Shown here: positions 1 through 11,558 of the stretch, piece after piece
Layout: the number at the start of each line of letters is the position of its first letter
Numbering within the stretch: the first letter of the stretch is position 1
Source: Geosiphon pyriformis uo1
Taxonomy: Eukaryota; Fungi; Glomeromycota
Assembly: GCA_016748015.1 (NCBI GenBank)
Contig: JAAOMT010000201.1
Location: forward strand, 442,224 to 506,223
Length of the DNA stretch: 64,000 nt
Reading direction: 5' to 3'
Program-made: the position numbers and the translations under genes
Notes under the pieces: generated by a model
The model's database searches: none
Seen by the model: the letters and a program-made list of their open reading frames with translations, nothing else
What the model was told of the DNA's origin: nothing

Positions 1-249
1 TGTGCTAGTTCTAATCAAAAATTTACCCAGGATGTCCCGCTCCCGTCAGACGTTTCTTGCGAAAGATGTACTTTAAGATGGCGATTGGAAGTGGAATCAA
101 CTAAAGAATCGTTTATTGATTGTGCTGATATTTCAATTCTTGCGAACTCTGAAGAAAATGTAACTTTCCAGTCTATCAAACCTAAAAGTCGAGGGAGAAA
201 TCACACAAAAGGTCGACATCACAAAAAAGGAAAACATCGATCGACATAG
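1..249 (+). CDS. 3' end of an LPMO-like (copper His-brace family) protein; paralog of 5479-6053; truncated by the window edge
   Basis: Frame 1 reads CASSNQKFTQDVPLPSDVSCERCTLRWRLEVESTKESFIDCADISI...GRHHKKGKHRST*. The CxxCTLRW and ExFxxCADI motifs align with the protein at 5479-6053. Confidence 0.8.
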   Translation, partial: CASSNQKFTQDVPLPSDVSCERCTLRWRLEVESTKESFIDCADISILANSEENVTFQSIKPKSRGRNHTKGRHHKKGKHRST

Positions 250-859
250 TCAATGAATCAGTTACAATATATACAATTTAGAATGTACACTACTTTTTTA
301 TTTATCTAGCTTTTATTTATTTATACATTCATAAGTTTTTGTGTAAATTTCAATTTGGTTTATTTATCTTTTGAAGAAATAAAATAACTGATTATGAATG
401 ATAAAATATGTTCACTAAAGAATGTTTTTCTATAAATTCATATCCTGAGAAAATTCTCTTTCACCATCAAAAATTTGGTATAAAAATTTGATTCAATTGC
501 AAGTCTCAATCAAAACTTCACATCAGTTAAGTAAAGATTTAAAGTTCAGAGCACATTTTAGATTGCTGAAAAACAATAAACCATTGGATTTAATTTATGG
601 CTCTTTAACGAATCTTGAAATTTTTTGATTTTATTGGATAAATTCAGCTCCGTTCTTTTTGCCACAAGTAAATAAAACATGTTTTGATTAGTTGATTAAA
701 TTTCATTTTTTCATTGTTGAATTATTAAATTGGTTTTGTGGTAAAAAATTTTGAGCATGTGAGTAATCGAGGTTTAACGAAAAGCTGTTTGCAATATTAG
801 ACGTTCATTATGTTTTAATTAGAACTGATGTTTTCTTTAATCATCTAATATCTTGCATA

Positions 860-1270
860 CAGGGGGTATTAAAAATATTGGACACTTTTATAATATGTTA
901 CATAAAAGAACTAACTTATGAATCGTTAATTTATTATTATTATATTAAAATACATGATAGTATTTTGTTTGACCCCCATTTGCTTCAAGAATAGCTTGAA
1001 ATCAACGTGGCATAGACTTGATCAAATTACGATAGTAATTTACAGGTATCGCATCCCATTCTTCCTTAACCCACTGTTCCAATTGTACAATATTTGAGGG
1101 TTGTGAATTACGTTGACGAAATTTAACTTCAATATATGACCAAAAATTTTCTATTGGAGTAATATTAGGACTTTGTGCTGGCCAAGGAAGTAATTCAACA
1201 TTTGAAGAGGTAAGAAAAGAACACGCGACTTTTGATGTGTGGATTGGTGCATTGTCTTCCTGAAAAAAAA
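860..1270 (-). mobile_element. Tc1/mariner DNA transposon remnant (one TIR plus degenerate DDE transposase C-terminus)
   Basis: TA at 858-859 is followed by a TIR-like CAGGGGGTATTAAAAATATTGGACAC. The minus strand reads FQEDNAPIH...WPAQSPNITPIENFW...EEWDAI...SMPR*FQAILEANGGQTKY. There is a premature stop at 1002-1004, and the canonical SPDLNPIE motif is altered to SPNITPIE. Confidence 0.9.
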
Positions 1271-1339
1271 ACTTTTTTTTAGTTTTTTTTGCATGAAGTT
1301 TTACCGTAGGAATTGCAAAATTAGCCAAGGTTTTGCAGT

Positions 1340-1358
1340 AGATGTGTATAAGAGACAG
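1340..1358 (+). other. Tn5/Nextera mosaic-end adapter sequence (library or assembly artefact)
   Basis: Exact 19-bp AGATGTGTATAAGAGACAG. Confidence 0.95.
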
Positions 1359-1579
1359 GCTAGATACCGTCTCAGAAAACCCGCGCAAGGTTATAAATGT
1401 ATCCAAATTCATAACAGCATGCACATGTAACGGTGTTTCAAGTTCGGATATTGAGTGTTTAGGAGCCAATATATATATAATAAAACATTATTAACCGAGG
1501 TTAGGATTTTGAAAGATCCCAAAACTTCGAAATTTCCTAATTTTTTAACTGAACAAGACGCAGGTCGTCACTTTTGAGA

Positions 1580-4500
1580 ATGCAAGTTAAAATTTTACTA
1601 CAGTTTTTTTTCCAGCTCATATTTAGTTTGCCTTTTTGCATCGGTGATGGATATAAGTCAATAGTTTACCCCGAAAATAAATTCCCAAGTTCATCCCCTA
1701 TTAGAATATATTATTATTCTGAAGGAACTGTAGTGTTAGAATTAGAACCTTATATTCCTCCAAATTCTTATCCAAATCGTGTTCTCAGGGTTTTTTCAGC
1801 AAATGGCACACTTAATTCATTTGAAGTGAAAAATCCCACAAAAGGAATTTCAATAGATCTTGGGTTTTACCCTTTATCACCGGGATATTTATTTTTGGTT
1901 TATACCAATACTTCCATTCCATCCGAACCTTTCTTTTACCCTAATTATGGAATGCTAGTTTCTTTAGATGGAAGAATTCTGCAAAAGTATTTCTGTTTAA
2001 CAAAAGATAGAGTCAAAAAAAGTCTAATTTCTCTGTTTATTCACCTTTCTCTAATTACAACAAAAATGTTTCTCTAAAGTGATTTAGATTTAGGTATTTC
2101 AAACCAGTACAGCAACTCTTTAACGACGAATACTGAACCTGATCAGAATTTTATGTGGTCAACTCTAACACCAAAGCACAATGAAATTCGATGGACAGTT
2201 TTCCAAGCGCCGTAAGTCTAAAAAGAACAACGTAAAACATTTATTTTTATAGAAAGATTGTTTGACCATTTTTTTCAAAAGAATAGGAGCCCAAAGAATC
2301 AGGCTCTTACAAAAATTTGTGGAGGGATTATTTTGACAACGTTAAATATTACTAGTCATGCATCTTTTCCCACTGTAGATGGTGGTTATGGAGTGGCATT
2401 TATTGTGGAAAAAGCGGGATCCAGTAACAAGACAACTATTAATCCCTACACAAAAGGGATTGCAAGAAACGTAATAATCTCGGCATACGTTACTTTTTTG
2501 GACCCTAATGCAACAAAATTTGGACAAAATTTCTTAATTTACACCACCAGTCAACCGGCAGCGCGTGAAGGTTTACGATTCTGCTTCCCAAAAGTCTTGG
2601 GAAATGGATTTGAATGTACAGTTGGTGACGATCGTATTTCTTTTCTAAGAAACGGAGCTGTAATTGATATAACACATTTAGAAACCCGGGATCAAATAAA
2701 CAGACCATTACCTTATGGTGGAATTTTGGTCGACACTCATGTGACTGACCTTCAAAATTTTTCATCTGCGTTAATTTATGATGATAATGGCAATCCCAAA
2801 CAGCAATGGCCATTTCCTGTATCAAAAGGATATCTGTATAATTTTATGTATGACATCCTGCCAAATAATACCTTTTGGGGAGCATATAAGGAACTGCATA
2901 GTAATAATATTACTCTTTATATTCAGGATGTCCCTAAATTTTTCAAAGGTAAGTCTTCATTTTCGGTGAATTTTTAAGAATTGCCTTTCGAATCATAAAG
3001 TACTGAACATTTTTTTAGATAATGGTTATAACAATCCAATGATTGAATCAACGACACCACCACGAAACTCAAAAGTTTCCTTGGAAAGTAAATTAATTAG
3101 CGTCAAATATATTCAGCCAATCACCACGTCGATTAAGAATATCTCAATTTATCAGTTCAAAGGAGCTGATCCGATTCTGAGACAAACTTTTCCCTCCCAG
3201 TCCCAGTATTGCTCATTAAGTGATGATCAAAAATCAATAAACATCAAAGTGTTGAGCAGTACTTTTAATCAACCAAATGGCAGTTACTTTGTCATTATCG
3301 ACAACAATTTCGTGAAAACTCGTTTGCTCGACGAGCCTTTGTTTGGCATCAAGAAAAATGACTGGATAATTACCAGAGGTGAACTATTATTTCGTGCTAT
3401 TCCAATTAATATACTTGTATTAATTTATTCCTTATTTTTTTGAACAGATGAAGAGGAAAATGTTTTTGCGGGTAAGTTGATTCTTCTCAAAATATTCAAA
3501 TTTCAACTTAAAAATTAACCAATATTCTTTAGGTTCTTTTACCGGCTTGGTTCGATTAACTCCGGATGGTTCAAAATTTTTTCGAGGTCTTTCTACCAAT
3601 GCCGCCCGAGAGTTCATTAATCAACTAAAAGTTGAATTAGCACAGACCATTCCGGTGGACATTTCCAGAATATCAACTTCAGATCAACATCAAGAAGATC
3701 CTTCTTCGCCATTTTCCCAAACACTACTAAAATTCACAATTTTGTCGACCCAGGACTCTTCTCAACCTAATTCTTTCAAACTATCCCAAGATCTAAAAAC
3801 TCTTATTGAAAATAAGGGAATTACACAACTTAGCTTGAATCCTCAATCTTCTTTATTGGATAGTGATTTCGGATTCCGGTCAACACGTAAAAATCAAAAA
3901 AATCTCAATTTTGTTTTCATCAATCTAAAAAGATAGATTCTAAGTAAAATTTTATTTTGACAGCGAACATATGGGAAAATTTAAAATTAAAGATCATTAT
4001 TCTTGGAGTATTCATTATATTTTTATTGATCGTTTACATTTTGGCAAGGAGGAGATTTCCAGAGGTAAGCTAATGGCGTTTAACAGTGACTTTAGTCGAA
4101 ATTTATTAAAAATGCTCTTTATCTAGGGAAACAACTTTGCTCTAATAAATCAAGTCTTAGTTTTGTTTGATCTGGCCATGGATGTCACCTTTATTCTATA
4201 TAATGGGAAAGATGTTAAAAGTTTATTTTTACCAAGGTACATAAAAATCTCATTTTGTGTCGCTCAAAATATTCTTATCTTAACTTTTCGAAAAACTTTC
4301 AGTATTATAATTTTAGCTGTCGTGGTGACTTTCAATTCCGGTTTAGCAGTTTACATTTTAGTAAACGAAATCAAAAGAAACAAAAATTGTGTTGACTGGT
4401 TCCAAGAATATACTAAACCAGCCGCTATGATTACTTTAACTTCCGCTGCTAACATTGAATCTCTTAAACTGCTCTCCTCACGTTTTGCTGGCTTAAAAAT

Positions 4501-4909
4501 TTTCAGTTTACCTTTATCTCCTACGGCCATTCAATTGATTTTTTGGGGTGGATTCATAAATTTGTTCCTCGAAGATATTCCACAATTGATTATTCAGGTA
4601 GGAAAAATAATCAGTCGGTAATTTACTATTAATTAATTCAATTACTAACTTCGACCCATTCATTTCAAGATTCTTTATTATAATTGGAGCATTTCTTATG
4701 ATATAATTCCATTTCTCAGTCTTGTGACTGCCGTGCTCAGCGTCCTATGTAACATTATTGGACGCATTTATTACCTTATAATTGAACTTTATGTGAAACC
4801 AAACACATTTAGTAGAAAGATTGCTAATTACAATGATACATTAACACTTGAGGAAGAGCAAAGATCACCCATTCTTTTAGATCCACAATATACTGAACCG
4901 ATGGATTGA
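1580..4909 (+). CDS. ~894-aa multi-pass membrane protein with signal peptide, large ectodomain (Ig-like/SbsA-like segment) and C-terminal TM bundle with LEDIPQ motif; 10 exons
   Basis: In-frame GT-AG exons: 1580-1986, 2080-2211, 2287-2948, 3019-3378, 3448-3471 (24-nt microexon), 3533-3886, 3964-4064, 4127-4236, 4303-4597, 4670-4909. Hydrophobic N-terminus MQVKILLQFFFQLIFSLPFCIG and several TM segments in the last four exons. Confidence 0.85.
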
Positions 4910-5478
4910 TGGATAAAAAATTATCAGAGAAAAACAGTATAATATATTTTAAAAGTCGCTCAGTTTTTAAACTTGAATAAGATTTTTTTGAGATTACCGT
5001 AAGTGTAAATAATAAATAAATTTCTTTTCAGTATCAAGGCAAGTTCAATTAAAAGTATTTAAATACCAGCTATCAAGTAAATTTATTTTGATTTAATAGT
5101 TTTAATTTCAAGTTAGAAAATATTAATTTGCTACTTTAGAATTAGTCATTAAGAATTAGTGAAAAATTAAAAAACATTTTAAATTTTAAATAACTCCCAG
5201 ACCTTTGATCTGGGCTTTTTAAGAAATCTTAATCAAATTTACCAATAAATTATTGAATAAAATGTGGATTTGGTTTCCCGGCTATTACTATTAAGGAAAT
5301 TCATCATGTGAAAACAAAGGGAAAGGGGATTGAGTTCGTAAACCAGCTTTTGTATTCATAATCATGATTCCGGTGAGGTTTAATGAACTATTTCGATTTT
5401 TTTAACAATCCCTTTTCCATGATTATTTTTGATTTCAAAAGGTATTAATCAATAAGCCAGTTTGAAAAAAAATGTACA

Positions 5479-6053
5479 TCAAGTGATCTTGATGTCAGCA
5501 CAATTAATGTAGAGTTCTTCCGTGGTTTTGGCTAGCCATCGCCATCTTAAAGTACATTTATCACACGTTTTTCCAGCCGGTAATTCAACACGTCGACTAA
5601 AATTACCAGTTTCGTTTGCACAACTGGGTAATTTTTTTAGAATTTTGAAATCCCCGCTGTCTCCAGTAGTAGATAACTCGACAAAACATTTGCCTTGATG
5701 TGCTGCTGTAATTTCGAATAAGATCTGAATACTACTACCCGATTTATATGTGTTATCGGCGGGAACTGACTTTGAAGGAAGATTGGCACAAGGGTAAGTT
5801 GTGGCTGGCCCTTTGCTGATTGTAAATCCATTATCTTCGTCACCAGAAGGAAGACGAGTTATTGGTATTTTCTATAAAATGAAATTTGTTTAAAATTTGA
5901 TATTTTCGTAAGAAATTATTTGAGTTAAACTTTTTAATTATAATTTGACATGCTTACCATACGACCATGACTCATGACTTGTCCAGCAAGCACTAGCAAA
6001 CTGTAGAAAACAAATAAGAAATAACTAGAGAAATTTTTGTTTGATAAATTCAT
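5479..6053 (-). CDS. Secreted lytic polysaccharide monooxygenase-like protein (162 aa, 2 exons)
   Basis: Exons 6053-5958 and 5871-5479 (GTAAGC...TAG intron). A signal peptide is followed by HGRMKIPITR...TYPC...AAHQGKCFVELS...CDKCTLRWRW...EELYINCADIKIT*. This gives an N-terminal His, a second His and an axial Tyr, the typical His-brace arrangement. Confidence 0.85.
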
Positions 6054-7703
6054 CTTTTTAATGTGGGCTTTAAAACACAAAATGAGGGCGACTCGTATAT
6101 CAAATACAAGTTTGTGATTTGAAAGAGAATTCGATATTATTTTACAAAGGACCAATTTTTATTGTACACAGTACAAAAAATTTTATGATTTAAAAATTTT
6201 TTATTTCGATCATAAGATGGTGGTTTATATATTTTTATTTCGCAATGAAATTGATATTCTCTAATATTTTCAACTGATCTCTTGAAAAGGATAGATTAAC
6301 GTATATTTTTGAAAAAAAATTCTTTATATTTGTTTGCCTCCCCACGTTTTGCAATCTATTCTTATTTGTGGATTATTACTACACATTTTTTTTCTTGATC
6401 AAATGCCTTCGCTGTTGGTTGGATATCTTATATGAGTGCCTTTATCTTTTCGACTCTTGTAGACGCAAAACAAGGGTTCGAGAATAACAATCGAAACGAA
6501 TCAAATAGAAATTTGAAATCCTTTTTCTGTTTTCGCACAAAAGGTATATTTTCTCATTTTAACGGTTTTTAATTCGATAAAGCTTTTTTTGTGTTTTAAT
6601 GCCAGCCCATTTCTCTAATCAATGCCATCCTTTACAAAGAATGATCGTTAAATAAAAATATTTGTATGGTAAAAAGTAGATGTTGAGCTTGAATTTTTCG
6701 AAAGATTGGTTCAAAGTAATAAAGGATAATGAAATAGAATTTTCGAAATCATTCTGTCTGTTTATTTCCTTTCGGAAAAATGTAATCATTCATCTGTTTC
6801 GAATTCATCAAAATCTTGAAAAAAACAAATATCCAATATTTTTTTTTGACTTTATCTGTTACAGATTTCACCATTAAACGTGGCTTGAATGCAATAATAA
6901 ATTATAAATCCCTTTTTTAACTTCATGTTGATGTCTTTATAATAGATGCTGTTTTTCATTGATACGAGAAGGATTTTTCTCATTTGTAAATATCAATTCC
7001 ATGAGGTAGTCACCTGCTGAGATCCTTATCTATTTTTTAGTCGGTGGTTTTTATTTGTAGATACGAACACCAACGAATCTAATTTTCCAAAAAAAATTTA
7101 TTTATATATTTGAATTCCTCATACATATACGTAATACTTTGAAAGTTAAAATATTAAATAACAAGTATTATTACTGTTTTTTTGTGATAAACACACCATA
7201 AGATTCCAAATTTGGTTAATTCCAATTTCAAAGATGATAAATTAGCACTTTACCAACTATTGTGACAAAGTACATATATTAAATATCTTCAATTGAAGGC
7301 TAAGAATACACGTATCATAATTAACCAAAAATAAATGTGTCTAAATTTTAAAGATTGATTTCTAAATAATTTAAACTTATGTAGATTGAATTTATATTCG
7401 ATAAAATTTTTTTAAAATGGAATGAAACCATTTTTTCTTTTAAAAAAAATCATTATAAAAATTCAAAAGTACAAATTGATATATAAAAAACCTTTTGAAA
7501 ATCTTCAAATCTTTTAAAGTAAAAATTTATAAATGTTAGAAAACCAACAATATCAAAAAAAGAATTTTCCTTTGTTTGAAAAAAAACTATATGCAGATGA
7601 TTTAAAATAGCGGGATTGAAAATTTTTTCCAAAAAAAGTTAAACCGTTTTTTTTTAATGCTCGTCCAAACATTTATTCGTTTTTAAATATCAAAATTTCT
7701 CAC

Positions 7704-7727
7704 AAAGAAAGAAAGAAAGAAAGAAAG
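7704..7727. repeat. (AAAG)n microsatellite
   Basis: aaagaaagaaagaaagaaagaaag. Confidence 0.8.
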
Positions 7728-10448
7728 TATAAAAATCGTAATATTATTATATAAGCAAATTTTCATTCGCTAAATTGATATTTTTTAATAAATGATAATT
7801 AGTAATATGTAAAGAAAACATTCTCTTAATGCTTATCTTATATTTCATTGCAATCTATCTTTAATTATATTTCGACTTTATCAATTTCTCAATAATTTTC
7901 CGGGTTTTTAGTAAATTTATATTTTTTTATATTTTTTTTTTTATTTGTGTTTCTTCTTAAAACACATTTTTGAATAAATATTTTAAATCAAATAAAATTT
8001 GTCATGTTTTATCCAAATTACAAAATTTTCAACATTCAAATATTGGAGATGATATCCTTTAAAATAATTTATTATTCATAATTAATCTTCGGAAAAACAA
8101 CTTATCAAAAGAACTTTAAAGATACTTAAATTTAATTTTCAACTTTAATTTATGGATATATATAATGAAGTTTGCTTGAATGTAATTATTTAATGAAACG
8201 TGATTTTTGTTAGTTGAAAAAAACATTCCCGGAAATACTAATACATGTAGAATAAATGAGTTTACAGCTGGGAATTGTACTTAAAATTTTACTTCATATA
8301 CTAAAAAATGACTAATATTGTTTAGAATTAAAAATATAACTTTGGGCTTTAAAAAAAGTGTTCAAAATAATAATTCTAAAAGAAAGAAAAGCCTTTAATT
8401 ATTTTTTTAAAATTATTTTGATTTTGTTTGAATTATTCAAGTAGTACTGAGAGACCTTTGGTGAATAACACAGAATGCAAGATTTTCAGAAAATCAAAAA
8501 ATTCCTTAGTGACCAATTAAAACATGCGTCTTATGATTCACAAAGAAAAAATGTGAGACAATGTTTAACATTTTTAATGTTTCATAGGCAAGATTTATAT
8601 TGTTTGATAACACAATGCATAAAACTTCAAAAACAGATCGAGACTAAGGAAGATGGTCAAATCGAGCGCCATCCAAATGCAAATCATCTTTTGCTTTACC
8701 AACCCACCAAATTCCCGATACGATGCAACATCACTTTATACTACTAAAAAAGACTCTCAAACGTTCAAGACACTTTGATCTCCCTCGAAAATGTAACAAA
8801 TAGCCCACTATGAAGTTGTTCTCAAATTGAACATTAACATCATTCTAACGTGAAAAAAAATATATCTATTTTCAAGCGGCAGAATATGTGATAGCTTAGA
8901 TCTATGCAAGCAAAAGTAATGCGGTAGTCAGAAATATCGTGAAGATTTTTGTTTCTTTTTAGGACAAACCCGGTGTAGTCGCTTATAATATCAGTATTTG
9001 TAACAGTGGTATGTGGTATTAACTTTTAATCTCAAACTTTTTTTGGCAATTATATTTGTATTTGATATTCATATTATTCGACTTCTTATAACAATTGGGA
9101 ACGAAAATGAATAAAAAAAGTTACAAAAGAAGATATAATTAATATTTATTAATAAATTGCTCAAAGAAAAATTTATTTTCACAAGCTAAGATTTCAAAAA
9201 TTCTTAATCATTATTAAGAATTAATATTTTCATATTTTATAAAAGGTCATTATTTTTATTGATATTTTTATTTTTTATTAAAATTATTTCTTATAAAAGC
9301 CAAGGAAAAATCCACTAATGATTTATTTATTTTTAGTCTTATTTCTATTTTTAAATAGTAATAATTGTTGATTTAATCTTTAATCTTATTTATTTATTTA
9401 TTAAATTCAACAAAATACATTTATAAAAAAAAAATCAAAAATATTAAATATTAAATAACCAATTTTTATTATCATTGATTTTGTTCTTGAATTTTGTAAG
9501 TTTAATACTTTGATTTTAGTTTAATTATTTCTTAAATTTATTTATTTATTTTACTATAAAACACAAAATAAATAAAAATTATTAAATGAAATATATTATG
9601 TGTATATAATTTCAAAAAATCATTTAAAAAAAAAAATTTATTTTTTAAAACATTCATAATAAATTAATTTTTCAAAATAAATCAAGTATTTCCAAAAAAT
9701 TATTAAATTTTTTATAAAGAAAATTAATGTCAACAACAAAGGTTATTCTGTTTTAATATTTTTGTTATAAAAAATTATGATATTTTATGATTTGTGATAA
9801 TTGAAAATAAATTCCAATTTGTTAATATGGAATCTTGACTAAAGCAAGTCATAATAAATCTAGGTGATCTTGATTCATTATTTATTAATATTAGGACCGA
9901 GAGTTTCAAATGCAAAGTAAAATAGCGTTATAAGGAAGACGGCTTTCAAATAAATATAAGTTGACGCGCTTTCTAAAGTTCATAGAGATTTAAGGTGAGA
10001 CCAATTATCCTATGAAACAAATAATAAGCTTGGATTTTTCATTTCAAAGGTTTGCATACTAGTTCCTTTAACTGAGCTCCATTTGGTTAGATATTGAATT
10101 TGGATAGAGGGATTGGCTCATTAAAATCCTTAGACCTCTACACATTATATTGAAATTAGCAAGCCTTCTGAGTAATAAATCCTTAATTCAAAAAATACAG
10201 CAATGGTTTATTTCAAATTACATCTAATTGAAGTTGTGAGTAAAAATCATTTTTTTTGGCAAGAACCAAATTTTGAACTTCAAAACGAAAATCAATTTTA
10301 TTACGAGTTTCTCATATCTGAGTTATTGAAATATTTTGCTCATTGATTTATTACTAGCTACTTTTTCATTTTCTCCTTCACATCCAATATTTAATAGAAC
10401 CTTACTTTTCATCTTGATCCTTTATTCACTCCTCACTATCTTTTACCA

Positions 10449-11558
10449 CTATTCCCCTTTTTTAACCTTAACAGCACGCTCTCTTTGTCGATCTGCCCTG
10501 AAGAAATTAGCAAACAAACCTAACATAGTCCACATATACACCCAAAGTAACGCGGTCAAGAAAAAGGGATACTTCTCTTTGGCATCTGAGCGCCAGAATT
10601 TGAATAAAAGAATATCATAAGTAGCTTGCACCATCATCATGGTGAATTGTGTCATTTGCATTAGGGTGATGTAACGTTTGATGAAACGAATTGGGAACGA
10701 AAGCGTAGTGCTTAGGTAATAACCGTACATTACAACATGGATTGCTAGTAAAAAGTGTGATATAAGAAATCGTGAAAATTTTCCCATGATTGTAATAAAA
10801 GTCAAATTACCAGAATTCAAGGCAGCACTAAAATACGCTTCACCATTGGGCGCGATACGCGTTACAAACCACCAGATTGCGAAAATCGAACAATGATGAT
10901 AGACATGCAAGAAGGTGATTTGATGATTATTCTTTTTCAATACCATGATTAATGTATCGGTGAATTCGGCGATTTTCGATACATAAAATAACCAAACATA
11001 TTTTGCCATCTATTTCAAGAATCAATTAATTCAAAGAAATGATCAGCATGAGAACATGATATCTCCACTCCTTTAATCACAAATTTGGAATTGATCATGT
11101 ATAATTCTCTTCCATCTTCATACCTTCCAGCCACTCTCATTATTATCAGCTGGATTTCCAAATAATCCATATCCCTGATTCCAAGCCTCATTCAAAATTG
11201 TATAGCACATATACGAACTCAAAGCCACCAAGAAGAAATTATGCAGCGTGCTCAGTCCTTTAACATTCATTTTACCCTTATTTTCCATTAACCGTTTTCC
11301 GCCAAACACCATCACCAAATACCCAACCATAATAACAGTTACATGAAAAGGATTCATCAAAGGTAACCGTTTTGATAGCGGGGATTCATTCTCGAGAAGA
11401 AAGCTTGATATACGTTGAGTTAAAGAGGGAAAGAGAAAGGTAAGGAGCTGGTGAAAATTATTTTCAATGGGTTTTAGGAGTGGATTTGTAAGCTGCCCTA
11501 TATTTTCAGCTATTGATATAAAATGGTCGACCAGGGGAGTAAAAAGAGTCGATGACAT
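10449..11558 (-). CDS. ELO/GNS1-SUR4 family fatty-acid elongase, PUFA (delta-6-type) elongase-like; 309 aa, 3 exons
   Basis: Exons 11558-11124, 11009-10811 and 10744-10449. Motifs KxxEFxDT, QITFLHVYHH, NSxIHVVMYGYY, TxMQMTQF; dilysine-like C-terminus KVKKGE. The MNPFHV motif resembles Mucoromycota PUFA elongases. Confidence 0.93.

Noticed and set aside
1340-1358. Tn5/IS50 horizontal transfer
   Set aside because: The sequence is the synthetic mosaic end used in Nextera libraries, and no IS50 sequence is adjacent.
1002-1469. 155-aa ORF as an intact transposase
   Set aside because: Only the C-terminal half is Tc1-like. The N-terminal half reads through the Nextera adapter, and the ORF ends at a premature stop.
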